The notes under the pieces were generated by a model, which saw only the letters and a list, made by a program, of their open reading frames with translations, did not search any database and was not told the DNA's origin. This document shows, piece after piece, positions 1 to 9,570 of a DNA stretch of 64,000 bases (position 1 is the first letter of the stretch; every line of letters begins with the position of its first letter). The position numbers were made by a program, and so were the translations under genes. Where the stretch lies: positions 1,335 to 65,334 of the IMG/VR virus record IMGVR_UViG_3300030060_004467, one strand, 5' to 3'. The stretch is from a virus (Duplodnaviria; Caudoviricetes).

Positions 1-1
1 A

Positions 2-3000
2 AAGGAAGTTAAAGACCCAGAGACTGGTAAGAAGACACGTGTTCCAGCCCGCAGGCGTCGTTTGAGCTCAGCTGTGGCTGCAGCTACAAGAGATGCCGAA
101 GGTCCAATGAAAGATTTTGAAGGCAAGGTTAGAGAAAAGGTATCTAATCAGGCTGCTAAGAATGTCTTCAAAGGCGTCGTCAATATAAACTATGGTGATC
201 CAGGGGCTATGGAGCTGGACATCTACATGGGTAGTAAAGGTGCTGTTCAAAGACCGTCAAGTGCTGTTGATAATGCTTTGAGCGCTATGGAGTCCAGGAC
301 TGGTAGCGTATTTGAATCCAGGGCAGAGGATGCACCGACTCCAGGGAGACCTGAGGGTGAGTTCCAGCAGAGAGACCTGACCAGATTCGGTAGATTTAAG
401 GCCAGGTGGATTCGAAGGCTGCAGGATAAGTACAGCGACATCATGAATCTGCAGGGGGATGTAGAGACATTCTTGGGTAGAGCCGTAAGAGAGGATGAGG
501 ATTTCAAGATGGCCGAGGAGCTCATGTACGGAAAGACGGCGAGCGACCTCAAGAAGCTTGATCAAAAGATCGAAAGGCTAACGGACAACATGAAGGCAAA
601 TGGGGTCAACGTGGGTGAGCTTACCGATTACCTCTACGCACTCCACGCCAAGGAAAGAAACGACGTCATCTTTGAAAGAGACGGTGTTGAGAACGGCAGT
701 GGTATGTCGAATGCAGAGGCCTCGGCAATCCTTGACGGGATCTCTGAGGGCAAAAGGGCTGCCTTGGACAGCGCCCTGAAGATTGTAAGAGAGATTCAGC
801 AGGACACTAGAAACACGATGGTGGAGTTTGGTCTGGAGACAGCTGAGACTGTTGATGCGTGGGAGAGCCTGTTCGAAAACTACGTGCCGCTTTCAGGTAT
901 TGCTACTGACGAGTTCAGCAGTGATAATACCCCCTATCCAACAGGCGGTGCTGGTATGCAGGTACGAGGTCCTATGACCAAGAGGGCTGCTGGTAGAAAG
1001 AGCAAGGCTGATAACCTTGTGGCTCAGATCATTGCGCAGAACTCTGCCGTAAAGATACAAGCCAGAAAGAACGAGGCGCTTGGAACCCTTCACACCCTCA
1101 TTACAAACAATCCAAACCCAGCAATCTGGGAGATCGTTGACGACGCTAAGTTCGGGGACCCGTCAGTTGTACCAGTAAGAATTGGCGGCAGACAGGAGTT
1201 CATTAAGTTCACTGAGCCTCAGCACGCTGAGACGCTCAAGAACATGAACATCCCGAAGACGGTGTGGTTGGCTAAGGTCCTTTCGCCTCTTAACAACTGG
1301 CTAAGACGCTCGTTTACAACACTTAACCCTGAATTTGTAATCTCCAACTTCTCAAGGGACATTCAGTCTGCACTTTTCAATGCGGCTGCGGAGGCTGAGA
1401 TTGAGGGTGGTCAGATACTTGGGGCGCAGGTGATGGGGGATATGGCTCGAATGGTTGGACCAGCAATGAAAGCTCTGCTCAAGGAGACTAATCCAAACTC
1501 GCTTGGGAAGTTGTTCAAAGAAAACCCAATCATTGGTAAGTACTACCAGGATTTCGTCGAGGACGGAGGACAGACTGGGTGGGGGTATCAGAAAACCCTG
1601 CAAGAAATTGCAGCTGACCTTGAGAAATCCACGACAGATAAGTCTAGGGCCCAGGAGATTCTTGGTGCGGTCAAAGAGAATACAATCGATGTGGTTGAGG
1701 GCGTCAACGATGCGTTCGAAAATGCAATTAGGCTCTCCTCATACATTGCCGCAAGAGAGAATGGAGTAAGCAGAGCTAAGGCCGCGCAGTTCGCAAAGAA
1801 CATTACGGTGAACTTTAACAAGCACGGTGAGTACGGTCAAATTGCAAATCAACTCTACCTATTCTTCAATGCGTCAGTTCAAGGTACGGCTAGACTTGGC
1901 AGATCTCTTGTCACTCTTAAACCACCTAAGGCTCCCGACGGATCGTCTCGTGAGTGGTATCAGAGAATCAACACCGCACAGAAGATGGCGGCTGGACTAA
2001 CTGTATTCTCGGCGATGCTTGCCCAGGTGGGTAGAGCTATGTCTGACGAGGATGAGGACGGCACCCTGTACTGGGACAAGATTCCAGATTACGTCAAAGA
2101 GAGAAACCTCGTCGTCATGTTTGACGGGAAGAACTACTTCAAGATACCGCTTCCCTACGGATTCAACATGTTCGCCAATTTGGGGACAGGTATGGTGGAC
2201 CTTGCGGCAGGAGCTAAGTCTTGGGATGAGACGGGATGGTTCTTGGCTAACTCGTTCCTCAGCTCGTTCTCCCCTATCAGCTACGGGCAGTCAAGAGACC
2301 TTTACACCTACGGGACTAAGGCTATAGTGCCAACAGCGTTCAAGCCAGCCGTTGAGGTCGCTATGAATGAGTCGTATTTCGGGGGTCCAGTGTATGCAAA
2401 GCAGTTGCCATTCGGTGCGGCTAAGCCTGAGTCTCACATGTCGTTTAAGTCTCCCAGAATGGTACAGTCCTTTTTTGAACTTATGAACGACGCGACGGGC
2501 GGGTCTGCTCAGGTCCCAGGGGCTGTAGATATTAACCCTGATAAATTCTGGCACATCTTTGACTACTTCGTTGGAGGGGCTGGACAGTTCGTGGGTAGGA
2601 CTGTCTCTACGGCTAGAGAGGCGGTGGTCAAGGCTACCAACGACGAGCTTGAGGTCTCGTTTAACGATATACCTCTCATGCGTAAGATTTACGGTGAGCC
2701 CTCTAAGTATTACGACATGGAGAAGTTTAAGGATCGCGAGGTAGAGATTACTCAGCTTATGAGAGAGGCTAAGGACCCTAAGGCTCGCCGCAATGATCCT
2801 GACAGATATAAAGGTATTGGAAGTCTTGACAGAGCGCTTAAGGCTGTAAATAAGAGACTAAAGCTTATTAGAAAGGCTAAGCGAGACGCTAAGGATATTA
2901 AAGATTACGCCGAAAGGCAAATAAGAATACAGTACCTTATGGACGAAGAGCGCAAGCTTATCATGAGGTTTAACAAAGCATACGACAATGTCAGAAAAGA

Positions 3001-3007
3001 AAACTAA
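2..3007 (+). CDS. Large polyvalent/ejection protein, C-terminal part with LPD38-like domain (5'-truncated)
   Basis: Frame open from position 2. Motifs NPEFVISNFSRD, ITVNFNKHG, YLFFNASVQG and YFKIPLPYG are typical of LPD38-type C-terminal domains of phage polyvalent proteins. Confidence 0.75.
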   Translation, partial: KEVKDPETGKKTRVPARRRRLSSAVAAATRDAEGPMKDFEGKVREKVSNQAAKNVFKGVVNINYGDPGAMELDIYMGSKGAVQRPSSAVDNALSAMESRTGSVFESRAEDAPTPGRPEGEFQQRDLTRFGRFKARWIRRLQDKYSDIMNLQGDVETFLGRAVREDEDFKMAEELMYGKTASDLKKLDQKIERLTDNMKANGVNVGELTDYLYALHAKERNDVIFERDGVENGSGMSNAEASAILDGISEGKRAALDSALKIVREIQQDTRNTMVEFGLETAETVDAWESLFENYVPLSGIATDEFSSDNTPYPTGGAGMQVRGPMTKRAAGRKSKADNLVAQIIAQNSAVKIQARKNEALGTLHTLITNNPNPAIWEIVDDAKFGDPSVVPVRIGGRQEFIKFTEPQHAETLKNMNIPKTVWLAKVLSPLNNWLRRSFTTLNPEFVISNFSRDIQSALFNAAAEAEIEGGQILGAQVMGDMARMVGPAMKALLKETNPNSLGKLFKENPIIGKYYQDFVEDGGQTGWGYQKTLQEIAADLEKSTTDKSRAQEILGAVKENTIDVVEGVNDAFENAIRLSSYIAARENGVSRAKAAQFAKNITVNFNKHGEYGQIANQLYLFFNASVQGTARLGRSLVTLKPPKAPDGSSREWYQRINTAQKMAAGLTVFSAMLAQVGRAMSDEDEDGTLYWDKIPDYVKERNLVVMFDGKNYFKIPLPYGFNMFANLGTGMVDLAAGAKSWDETGWFLANSFLSSFSPISYGQSRDLYTYGTKAIVPTAFKPAVEVAMNESYFGGPVYAKQLPFGAAKPESHMSFKSPRMVQSFFELMNDATGGSAQVPGAVDINPDKFWHIFDYFVGGAGQFVGRTVSTAREAVVKATNDELEVSFNDIPLMRKIYGEPSKYYDMEKFKDREVEITQLMREAKDPKARRNDPDRYKGIGSLDRALKAVNKRLKLIRKAKRDAKDIKDYAERQIRIQYLMDEERKLIMRFNKAYDNVRKEN

Positions 3008-3428
3008 AATCAAAGACACAGGCCTAGGTAAGTGGCTTAAATCAAAAGCACCCAACGTTCTTAGCGTAGTGGGTGATCTATTGCCCGACAGTGGTGGATT
3101 AGGTGTAGTCAAAAATCTCATAGACAAAGACCCTGATGTAGATACGGATGAGGGTATGGCTGCTGTAGAGGCAGAGATACAGTTTCAGAATAATGTTACC
3201 TCTAGGTGGCAGGCGGATATGGGTAGCGATGTAAAGCTGGCTAAGCTTATTAGACCTATTACTTTGATCGCTTTGATGACCATGTTTATGCTTACTATGG
3301 TTGCCGATAGCATGGATAACTGGCCCTTTAACGTGAAAGATTCTTACGTAGATTTGCTTCAGATTTTGATGTTGACCGCATTTGGTGCATACTTCGCAGG
3401 AAGGACCATCGAAAAAGCAAAAAAATGA
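2988..3428 (+). CDS. Putative 3TM-type holin
   Basis: 146 aa with RWQADM..D..LAKLIRP motif, two hydrophobic helices and a GAYFAGRTIEK tail. Confidence 0.65.
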   Translation: MSEKKTKIKDTGLGKWLKSKAPNVLSVVGDLLPDSGGLGVVKNLIDKDPDVDTDEGMAAVEAEIQFQNNVTSRWQADMGSDVKLAKLIRPITLIALMTMFMLTMVADSMDNWPFNVKDSYVDLLQILMLTAFGAYFAGRTIEKAKK

Positions 3429-4135
3429 GACTTATAACAGATGATACGAATCCACCACGTCGAAGGAGACGCAGGAGGTTGACGTCAACTGGCGTGCCTA
3501 TAGCCGATAAAGTTTTCGAAACACCCATGTCTGAAAGAGAAAAACAAGAGATGGCTCTTTCTTTGGCCGCTGCCAATCAGATGAATAGATTGACAGATCC
3601 TATGACTCAACAACCGCTTAGTGAGGATCACCCTCTAGCTAAGGAGTATATTGAGGATAATTTGTTTGCTAGCGTTGGTTACGATGGCGACTCATCTGAG
3701 GATGCATGGTCAGCAGCTACAGTTAGCAACTTGGCAAAAGCTTTTGATCCTACATTTGAAGGCAGCGCACGTCACTCCGATTACATAAGAAGAGGTTTTC
3801 AAAACGAAGGACCTGTAGGGTATAAGTCTGAAAAGGCTAAGAGACGAACTGATTATCAGGTAGGAGACATTCTATTTAAGGGTAGAAAGGACGAAGATGG
3901 CAATCCTATTGGACCACAAACATTTAGTCAGTTTGAAAAAGACGCCGAGGGTAAGGGAAAGTATGGAGATAAGGGTGGATATGGATCTCATTCAGATATT
4001 ATAACTGGCACGGGTGTAGATGAAAAGGGTAAATACTATGAAGTTCAAGGTGGAAATATTGGTGATAAGCTAATGACAAAAAGATTGTACGCTAAAGAAC
4101 TTGCAAAGAGGTACGCTGGTAGACTTACACAATAA
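3425..4135 (+). CDS. DUF2272/CHAP-like putative peptidoglycan hydrolase
   Basis: AWSAATVS, HSDYI, YQVGDILF, SHSDII and VQGGN motifs; directly follows the holin. Confidence 0.55.
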   Translation: MRLITDDTNPPRRRRRRRLTSTGVPIADKVFETPMSEREKQEMALSLAAANQMNRLTDPMTQQPLSEDHPLAKEYIEDNLFASVGYDGDSSEDAWSAATVSNLAKAFDPTFEGSARHSDYIRRGFQNEGPVGYKSEKAKRRTDYQVGDILFKGRKDEDGNPIGPQTFSQFEKDAEGKGKYGDKGGYGSHSDIITGTGVDEKGKYYEVQGGNIGDKLMTKRLYAKELAKRYAGRLTQ

Positions 4136-6198
4136 TGAAAAACTTACTTCTATTATTAACTATTATACCTAGTATGATATTTGCTCAGCCCAGCTGGGTG
4201 AGGGTAGAGTTTCAAAGCGACACCTACGGTCAAGAGAGCACCTGGAACATATACCCTGTGGGATCTGACGAATCTGTAGCCTCTGGAGGTCCATACGCTG
4301 ACTCAACATATTTTGAACAAACTATTCCGCTTCCATCTGGTGAGTACAATATGGTTGTAAACGACGCCTTTGGCGACGGGATATGCTGTCAGTTTGGTGA
4401 AGGATGGTTTAAGCTAAACAACGATTGCAATCTAGACATATCTGTATTTGATTTTAACACAGAGCAGATAACAGTTCCTTTCATTCTTGATCAATGCGAA
4501 CTGCCCATGCCTGGGTGTATGGACGAATCGTCTAACAACTACAACCCATGGGCTACCGTTGATAACGGAACATGTAACGTCAGCGAATGTCCTAATGGTC
4601 AGGCGTTTGTATCCATGGAGCTTACTCTAGATAACTGGCCCAACGAAACTGGATTCACATTGGTGGACCTAGCTGTTGGTCAGTTCTACGAGCAGGTACT
4701 TCCAGGAGGATTTAATTTTGGAGATCAGCTAGCTACCTACACTTACGATTTTTGTGTTGCACTTGGATTTGAACTGATTCTGACAGACACATACGGAGAC
4801 GGTCTCAATGGCTCAGCAAGCGGGGGTCAAGACGGGGGTGTGGTCATTACTGCCTGTGACGAAGAAGTTATATGGGAGCTTGAGGATTTAGCGTACTCAG
4901 ACAATGATGGAAACGTTTACTATTCTGGGGCTGTGTTTGTAGAGCCATGTGAAATAGAAGAGCCTGTAGTGGGATGCATGGACGACGATTATGTTGACTA
5001 CAACCCAGAGGCGACAGAGGCGGGGGACTGCATCACCCTACACACCTGGGGGTGCATGGACCCAGAATCATTTAACTATGATTCAACTGCCACAATATCA
5101 GACCTTAACAGCCCTTGCGTTACTACTATAAGAATTGGTGACGCAGCAGGAGACGGATGGGGGAACTCACACATAGGAGTAAAGCAGGGAGACCTGCAGT
5201 GGATCTTTACGATGGGGCCTGGAGAGTTTTCTCAGTCATGGGACCTGGTCCTTGACTCAGACGAAAAAGTAGACGTGTATTATTTTGAAGTTGGAGGACC
5301 ACAGCAACCGCCTCAAGAAACTGAGTTTCAGACACTTCACAACTCTATTCTTGTTACAAACGAGCTTGGAGACACTCTTATGGTTGAAGGTCTTAATCCA
5401 TTTTTTGACAATGGTCAAGGAGCTCTTCAACCTTTCAAGAACCCAGAGTGGAACGTGTACAGCTTCATGCCTTACTGTGGCACTAGCTGCATTCCATTCA
5501 TGTACGGATGCACTGACAATACAGCACAGAACTACGATAACGAAGCCAATACAGAGGATGGAAGTTGCTATTACAATGCTGGATGCACTCAGGCTGGATA
5601 CGTCGAGTACTACAATCAGGGCTACGAAGCCGACTATGATGACGGAAGCTGTGAGACACTTGCCGTGTTTGGATGCATGGATTCAGAGTCTCTAAACTAC
5701 GATCAAGAAGCAAATGTAGACACGGGGGACTGCATTGAAGTTGTGCTTGACTGCATGGATCCTAACGCTTTTAATTACAATGAGTTAGCAAACACTCCTG
5801 ACGAAGATGCCTGTCTCTATGACGCGGGCTGTATCACAGGTCCAGGCGAACCATACTGGGCCAACGACTACTGTTACTCGTGGGTGATCGAGGTTGATCC
5901 ATATTGCTGCGAGACAGCGTGGGATGCGGTGTGTGCAGAGATGTACGACTACTGTGGCGCTGGCGTTACTTCAGTGGAAATGGCCGTAAGGTCATCGCTT
6001 CGCTTCTTTCCAAACCCAACAGCACGGGTGGTAAACATTCAGGCGCCCGTAGGCACTTTAATTACTTTGTTCGACTCAAGGGGTGCGGTTGTTGAAACAA
6101 CAACGGGAAACAAGGTTGAGCTGCCATCACCAGGACCGTATGTAATCATGGCTAATTATAAGGGTAGAATCAAGAGAGAAACAATCGTAAGACAATGA
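4135..6198 (+). CDS. Secreted acidic Cys-rich repeat protein with T9SS type-A-like C-terminal sorting domain
   Basis: N-terminal signal peptide, multiple GCMD..xNY..A..DDGSC repeats, C-terminal FFPNPT...LFDSRG...PGPYVI...IVRQ. Confidence 0.7.
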   Translation: MKNLLLLLTIIPSMIFAQPSWVRVEFQSDTYGQESTWNIYPVGSDESVASGGPYADSTYFEQTIPLPSGEYNMVVNDAFGDGICCQFGEGWFKLNNDCNLDISVFDFNTEQITVPFILDQCELPMPGCMDESSNNYNPWATVDNGTCNVSECPNGQAFVSMELTLDNWPNETGFTLVDLAVGQFYEQVLPGGFNFGDQLATYTYDFCVALGFELILTDTYGDGLNGSASGGQDGGVVITACDEEVIWELEDLAYSDNDGNVYYSGAVFVEPCEIEEPVVGCMDDDYVDYNPEATEAGDCITLHTWGCMDPESFNYDSTATISDLNSPCVTTIRIGDAAGDGWGNSHIGVKQGDLQWIFTMGPGEFSQSWDLVLDSDEKVDVYYFEVGGPQQPPQETEFQTLHNSILVTNELGDTLMVEGLNPFFDNGQGALQPFKNPEWNVYSFMPYCGTSCIPFMYGCTDNTAQNYDNEANTEDGSCYYNAGCTQAGYVEYYNQGYEADYDDGSCETLAVFGCMDSESLNYDQEANVDTGDCIEVVLDCMDPNAFNYNELANTPDEDACLYDAGCITGPGEPYWANDYCYSWVIEVDPYCCETAWDAVCAEMYDYCGAGVTSVEMAVRSSLRFFPNPTARVVNIQAPVGTLITLFDSRGAVVETTTGNKVELPSPGPYVIMANYKGRIKRETIVRQ

Positions 6199-7241
6199 AG
6201 AGACTTGTAGCCATAGCCTTTATGCTTTTGCCCTTTTTTGCTCTTGGACAAAGCGACTTTTACAAAAATGTGTTAAGAAGAGCTACGTTCTACGCAGCCG
6301 TAAACGGAGGTAACTCTGTGTCAGATCAGGACGTATTCTCTGTATCTACAGGGCCGCTTACAACAGATATTGTAGAGACTCCCTTTGATTACTCCCTAAC
6401 ACTTGGCGTGAGAAAGATTGCAAGGTTTGGGTACGAGAACAGAGCTAACATCTTTTACGACGGAACAGAGAAGACATACGGTGACGCAGCAACAGTAGGA
6501 AAATACGATGGATTTGAGTTCTTGGCCGAAGCTGACTGGAGAAGACAACAAGGGAAGAACTTTCTTGATCAAGACTACTTTGCTAGATATGTGGCAGATA
6601 CATGGATAGTCAAGGCTGAGTACTTACAAGATGGTTTTGCTGATGTCAGATATTTTGAAGCGTCAGAAAGAGCGAGAGTGAAGATTGGTAAGAAGCTTTC
6701 TCTCAATGTGGGAGTGGTGCAAAGAATATCTGAACCCTACGGGTACGATCCGCTGCAACAATGGCTTCTAGACAACAATCAGATACACTACACCGCCTTA
6801 GCTATACAGCAAGGATATAGCGTTGACGTAAACACAGGTGAGTTCTTTTCTCCAGACGGCAACATGATTGCAAACGATCAAGCGGTATGGGAACAGGTGG
6901 TCATCCCCCAGGTCCTTAACGAATACGTATCTCAAAAAAGATCTGAACTTGAAAGTCAGTGGCTGTACTCAGCGGTAATTGGATTTGACTTTTATCACTA
7001 CGAAAAAGACTTTTGGTTGCACTCATGGGGCAACGTAATGCCCTACCACCTTGAGACAGGTGACGAGTATTCCTATCACAACTTCGTTAACAGCAGTCAA
7101 TGGGTTGACCTGGGATTTGGGCTTGTGTTTGGAACCAAGCTCACAAAGAGCCTCGGCGTATTTGCCGAAGGTAAATACAACAGATACTGGAACAGAGAGT
7201 GGCACGACTTCTCTGTAGGACTCAATTATATACTATTGTGA
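6195..7241 (+). CDS. Putative outer-membrane beta-barrel protein
   Basis: Signal peptide, aromatic-rich alternating strands, C-terminal FSVGLNYILL strand. Confidence 0.55.
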   Translation: MKRLVAIAFMLLPFFALGQSDFYKNVLRRATFYAAVNGGNSVSDQDVFSVSTGPLTTDIVETPFDYSLTLGVRKIARFGYENRANIFYDGTEKTYGDAATVGKYDGFEFLAEADWRRQQGKNFLDQDYFARYVADTWIVKAEYLQDGFADVRYFEASERARVKIGKKLSLNVGVVQRISEPYGYDPLQQWLLDNNQIHYTALAIQQGYSVDVNTGEFFSPDGNMIANDQAVWEQVVIPQVLNEYVSQKRSELESQWLYSAVIGFDFYHYEKDFWLHSWGNVMPYHLETGDEYSYHNFVNSSQWVDLGFGLVFGTKLTKSLGVFAEGKYNRYWNREWHDFSVGLNYILL

Positions 7242-7525
7242 TGGCAAAACAAATTGGAGAGGACACTAAAGTAACACTAGACCTGAAGACACTTGGTATG
7301 GTGGCAGCGGGAATAGGAACAATCGTGGGGATGTGGTTTGCTTTGCAGGCTGACATAGCAGAGGCAAAAGAGCTACCGCTTCCTTCCGAGCCAGAGATCA
7401 CGCGCATGGAGTTTGATATGAAGGATCAGCTGGTTCGTCAAACCATTATGACTACTCAAGAAGATGTCACTGAAATCAAGCAAGATATCAAGCGCATTGA
7501 AGAGAAAATAGATCAACTAAAATGA
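7241..7525 (+). CDS. Single-TM coiled-coil membrane protein
   Basis: ATG overlaps the upstream stop; hydrophobic segment followed by a heptad-rich tail. Confidence 0.6.
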   Translation: MAKQIGEDTKVTLDLKTLGMVAAGIGTIVGMWFALQADIAEAKELPLPSEPEITRMEFDMKDQLVRQTIMTTQEDVTEIKQDIKRIEEKIDQLK

Positions 7526-7528
7526 CAC

Positions 7529-7894
7529 ATGAAACTAATATCAACCCTATGTGTATCTTTTGCATTATTACTGGCGGCAGTCTTTGCGACGCCTGCAGAA
7601 GATAAAGACGTATGTGTATCAGGTATCTGTGTGGTTGAGTTCAACGCAAGTTTTAACTCACAGAACAGTGTGCCTTGGATTGAAAAGCTTGACGATTGCG
7701 AGACAGCTCGTATAGATATAGCTTCAGATCCAGACCTTCAAAAGAAGCACAAAATCGTTGTGGTGCCTACCATTGTTATTTTTAATGAGGGAGAGGAAGC
7801 AGAAAGGTTCCAAGCAAACATCATGATGACCATGGAAGCTACTCTTGAAGAAGTTCAAGAAGCTGTTGACGACATCATGCTCAACGACTTCTAG
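7529..7894 (+). CDS. Exported thioredoxin-fold protein lacking the CxxC site
   Basis: Signal peptide; VVEFNASFN in place of WCxxC; IVVVPTIVIFNEGEE cis-Pro motif. Confidence 0.65.
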   Translation: MKLISTLCVSFALLLAAVFATPAEDKDVCVSGICVVEFNASFNSQNSVPWIEKLDDCETARIDIASDPDLQKKHKIVVVPTIVIFNEGEEAERFQANIMMTMEATLEEVQEAVDDIMLNDF

Positions 7895-8124
7895 ACCCAA
7901 GTAACCTTTATTGTAAGCGATATATCTTCCAGATCCCTAAATTCGTTTCTACATATCTTATCTATGATAGGGTATAGATAGCAGTGCATTACTTCCTCCT
8001 CGCTAGTTTCAGTTACTATACGCTGCAAACCGTTGTCGCCTATACCAGCGTCAATGTGTATGAACTTAAAGTCTTTAGAAACTATAGCCTTAACTATCTG
8101 ATGATATTCAGTATTCTTCATCAT
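7891..8124 (-). CDS. Hypothetical protein
   Basis: 77-aa ORF closing the minus-strand arm, convergent with the thioredoxin gene. Confidence 0.5.
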   Translation of the reverse strand: MMKNTEYHQIVKAIVSKDFKFIHIDAGIGDNGLQRIVTETSEEEVMHCYLYPIIDKICRNEFRDLEDISLTIKVTWV

Positions 8125-8291
8125 GACTTATCTGAGTTAGGCTGTTGAGACAGCATTTCAAGAAAGTCATACATGGTAATGAATCCATCACCATTAAAAT
8201 CCATGCAGGCAGCATGAGATTCTGGACTAACAGCTTGACCGTAGTTTGCTAAGAGAAGCAAAAAATCCATTATGTAAGTTGACCACATCAT
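8121..8291 (-). CDS. Small EF-hand/dockerin-like protein (56 aa, not in ORF track)
   Basis: Manual translation MMWSTYIMDFLLLLANYG...CMDFNGDGFITMYDFLEML; DxNxDGxI Ca-binding loop. Confidence 0.55.
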   Translation of the reverse strand: MMWSTYIMDFLLLLANYGQAVSPESHAACMDFNGDGFITMYDFLEMLSQQPNSDKS

Positions 8292-8321
8292 ACTTACGCT
8301 ACGGGTATATGTTAAAAAAAG

Positions 8322-8582
8322 TTACGGGTTGACTACCTGTACCCTTAATGCATATACATTAGGTACTTCAGTTTCTACTAAGGTATACTTAATACCTCTA
8401 TAATCGTAGTAAGTGGTGTTGAGCAAAAGCTCGTGTTCAAAGTGTTTAACTGGATGATTACCATCCCAAATTGTAGGGATGATCAAATCACAGTTGTACT
8501 TTTCTGGGTGAACGTAAAGGTTCTTGGGAGCTGTGCTGCACCCCACTAATAAAATAGCAGCTATTAAATTTAAAACTTTCAT
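8322..8582 (-). CDS. Putative lipoprotein
   Basis: MKVLNLIAAILLVGC lipobox-like signal. Confidence 0.55.
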   Translation of the reverse strand: MKVLNLIAAILLVGCSTAPKNLYVHPEKYNCDLIIPTIWDGNHPVKHFEHELLLNTTYYDYRGIKYTLVETEVPNVYALRVQVVNP

Positions 8583-8638
8583 GTAGCGAAGCTACATACA
8601 CTCAAGTAAACAACATCTATAATATCATATAATGATAC

Positions 8639-8848
8639 TTATGTGTCACTCTGTTTTTTGATGATGTTAAACCAATCTGGATCTATGGCTTCAATGGGTT
8701 TGATAAACATTTCATTGCAATAATCATTAAGCTTTTTTTTCTGCTCTTCAGTGTTGCTTACACACACATTTGCAGCTTGATACTTTGCATTTGCCTCCAA
8801 TAATCTATCAATGTTCATCTTTATTTTTTTGTGTCTGTTTACTTTCAT
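8639..8848 (-). CDS. Hypothetical protein
   Basis: 69-aa ORF in operon orientation. Confidence 0.5.
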   Translation of the reverse strand: MKVNRHKKIKMNIDRLLEANAKYQAANVCVSNTEEQKKKLNDYCNEMFIKPIEAIDPDWFNIIKKQSDT

Positions 8849-8864
8849 GGGTCGATAAAGATAC

Positions 8865-9362
8865 TCAATATCTTTTATCGTATTCCCAGACTCGGTATGA
8901 CATCAAGGCCTTGATATCGTGTAACTTAAGCATTGTTATTACGTCTTTTCTACCGTCTCTAGTATACCTTTTAAGGTATGCATACCTTTTATCTTTAACG
9001 CTTTCTTTTAAAACATGTTTCTCGCAGAAGAATGCTAGCTCGTCTCGATCTACAATAGAGAAGCCTCCCTCTTCAGGCATGTCGAATGCAATAATGGTAG
9101 CCTCACCATATAACCATCCTGGATCTCCATTTACATTATTGAACTCTACCCATATCTCATCTGGTAGATTATTACCTTTTACATCAACTCCCCACCTCTT
9201 GCCATCTTTATTCATGGCAAGCCAGTAATCTATATGTTTGTGTATGTCATCCTCTTTTTTAGAATGAACAACAAGCATTCCTTTATTTCTAGCAGCACGA
9301 GCGAATCTAACCTCAGCTACCCTACCAGTTGAATTAGAATATCGCCTGCGATTATTCATCAA
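8865..9362 (-). CDS. PD-(D/E)xK restriction-endonuclease-like protein
   Basis: G..AE..F, HIDYW and GVDVKG motifs. Confidence 0.55.
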   Translation of the reverse strand: MMNNRRRYSNSTGRVAEVRFARAARNKGMLVVHSKKEDDIHKHIDYWLAMNKDGKRWGVDVKGNNLPDEIWVEFNNVNGDPGWLYGEATIIAFDMPEEGGFSIVDRDELAFFCEKHVLKESVKDKRYAYLKRYTRDGRKDVITMLKLHDIKALMSYRVWEYDKRY

Positions 9363-9570
9363 ATCCTTCTCTGTATTCTGATGTAGCAGATCTAATAGTG
9401 TCTATCTCGTGATTTATCCACTCCCTAAAATCTTTTATCAAATACTCTACCTCCACCTTACCATACAGAGGAACTCCATCTTCATGTAAACTTTCATACA
9501 TGTCGGTGGTAGCTTGATGTATGCGGTTGCAAGAATCGTGTATCAATCTACTCAGTTCAAATATCTCCAT
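9352..9570 (-). CDS. Hypothetical protein
   Basis: Acidic 72-aa ORF; ATG at 9570 overlaps the upstream gene end. Confidence 0.5.
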   Translation of the reverse strand: MEIFELSRLIHDSCNRIHQATTDMYESLHEDGVPLYGKVEVEYLIKDFREWINHEIDTIRSATSEYREGFDE

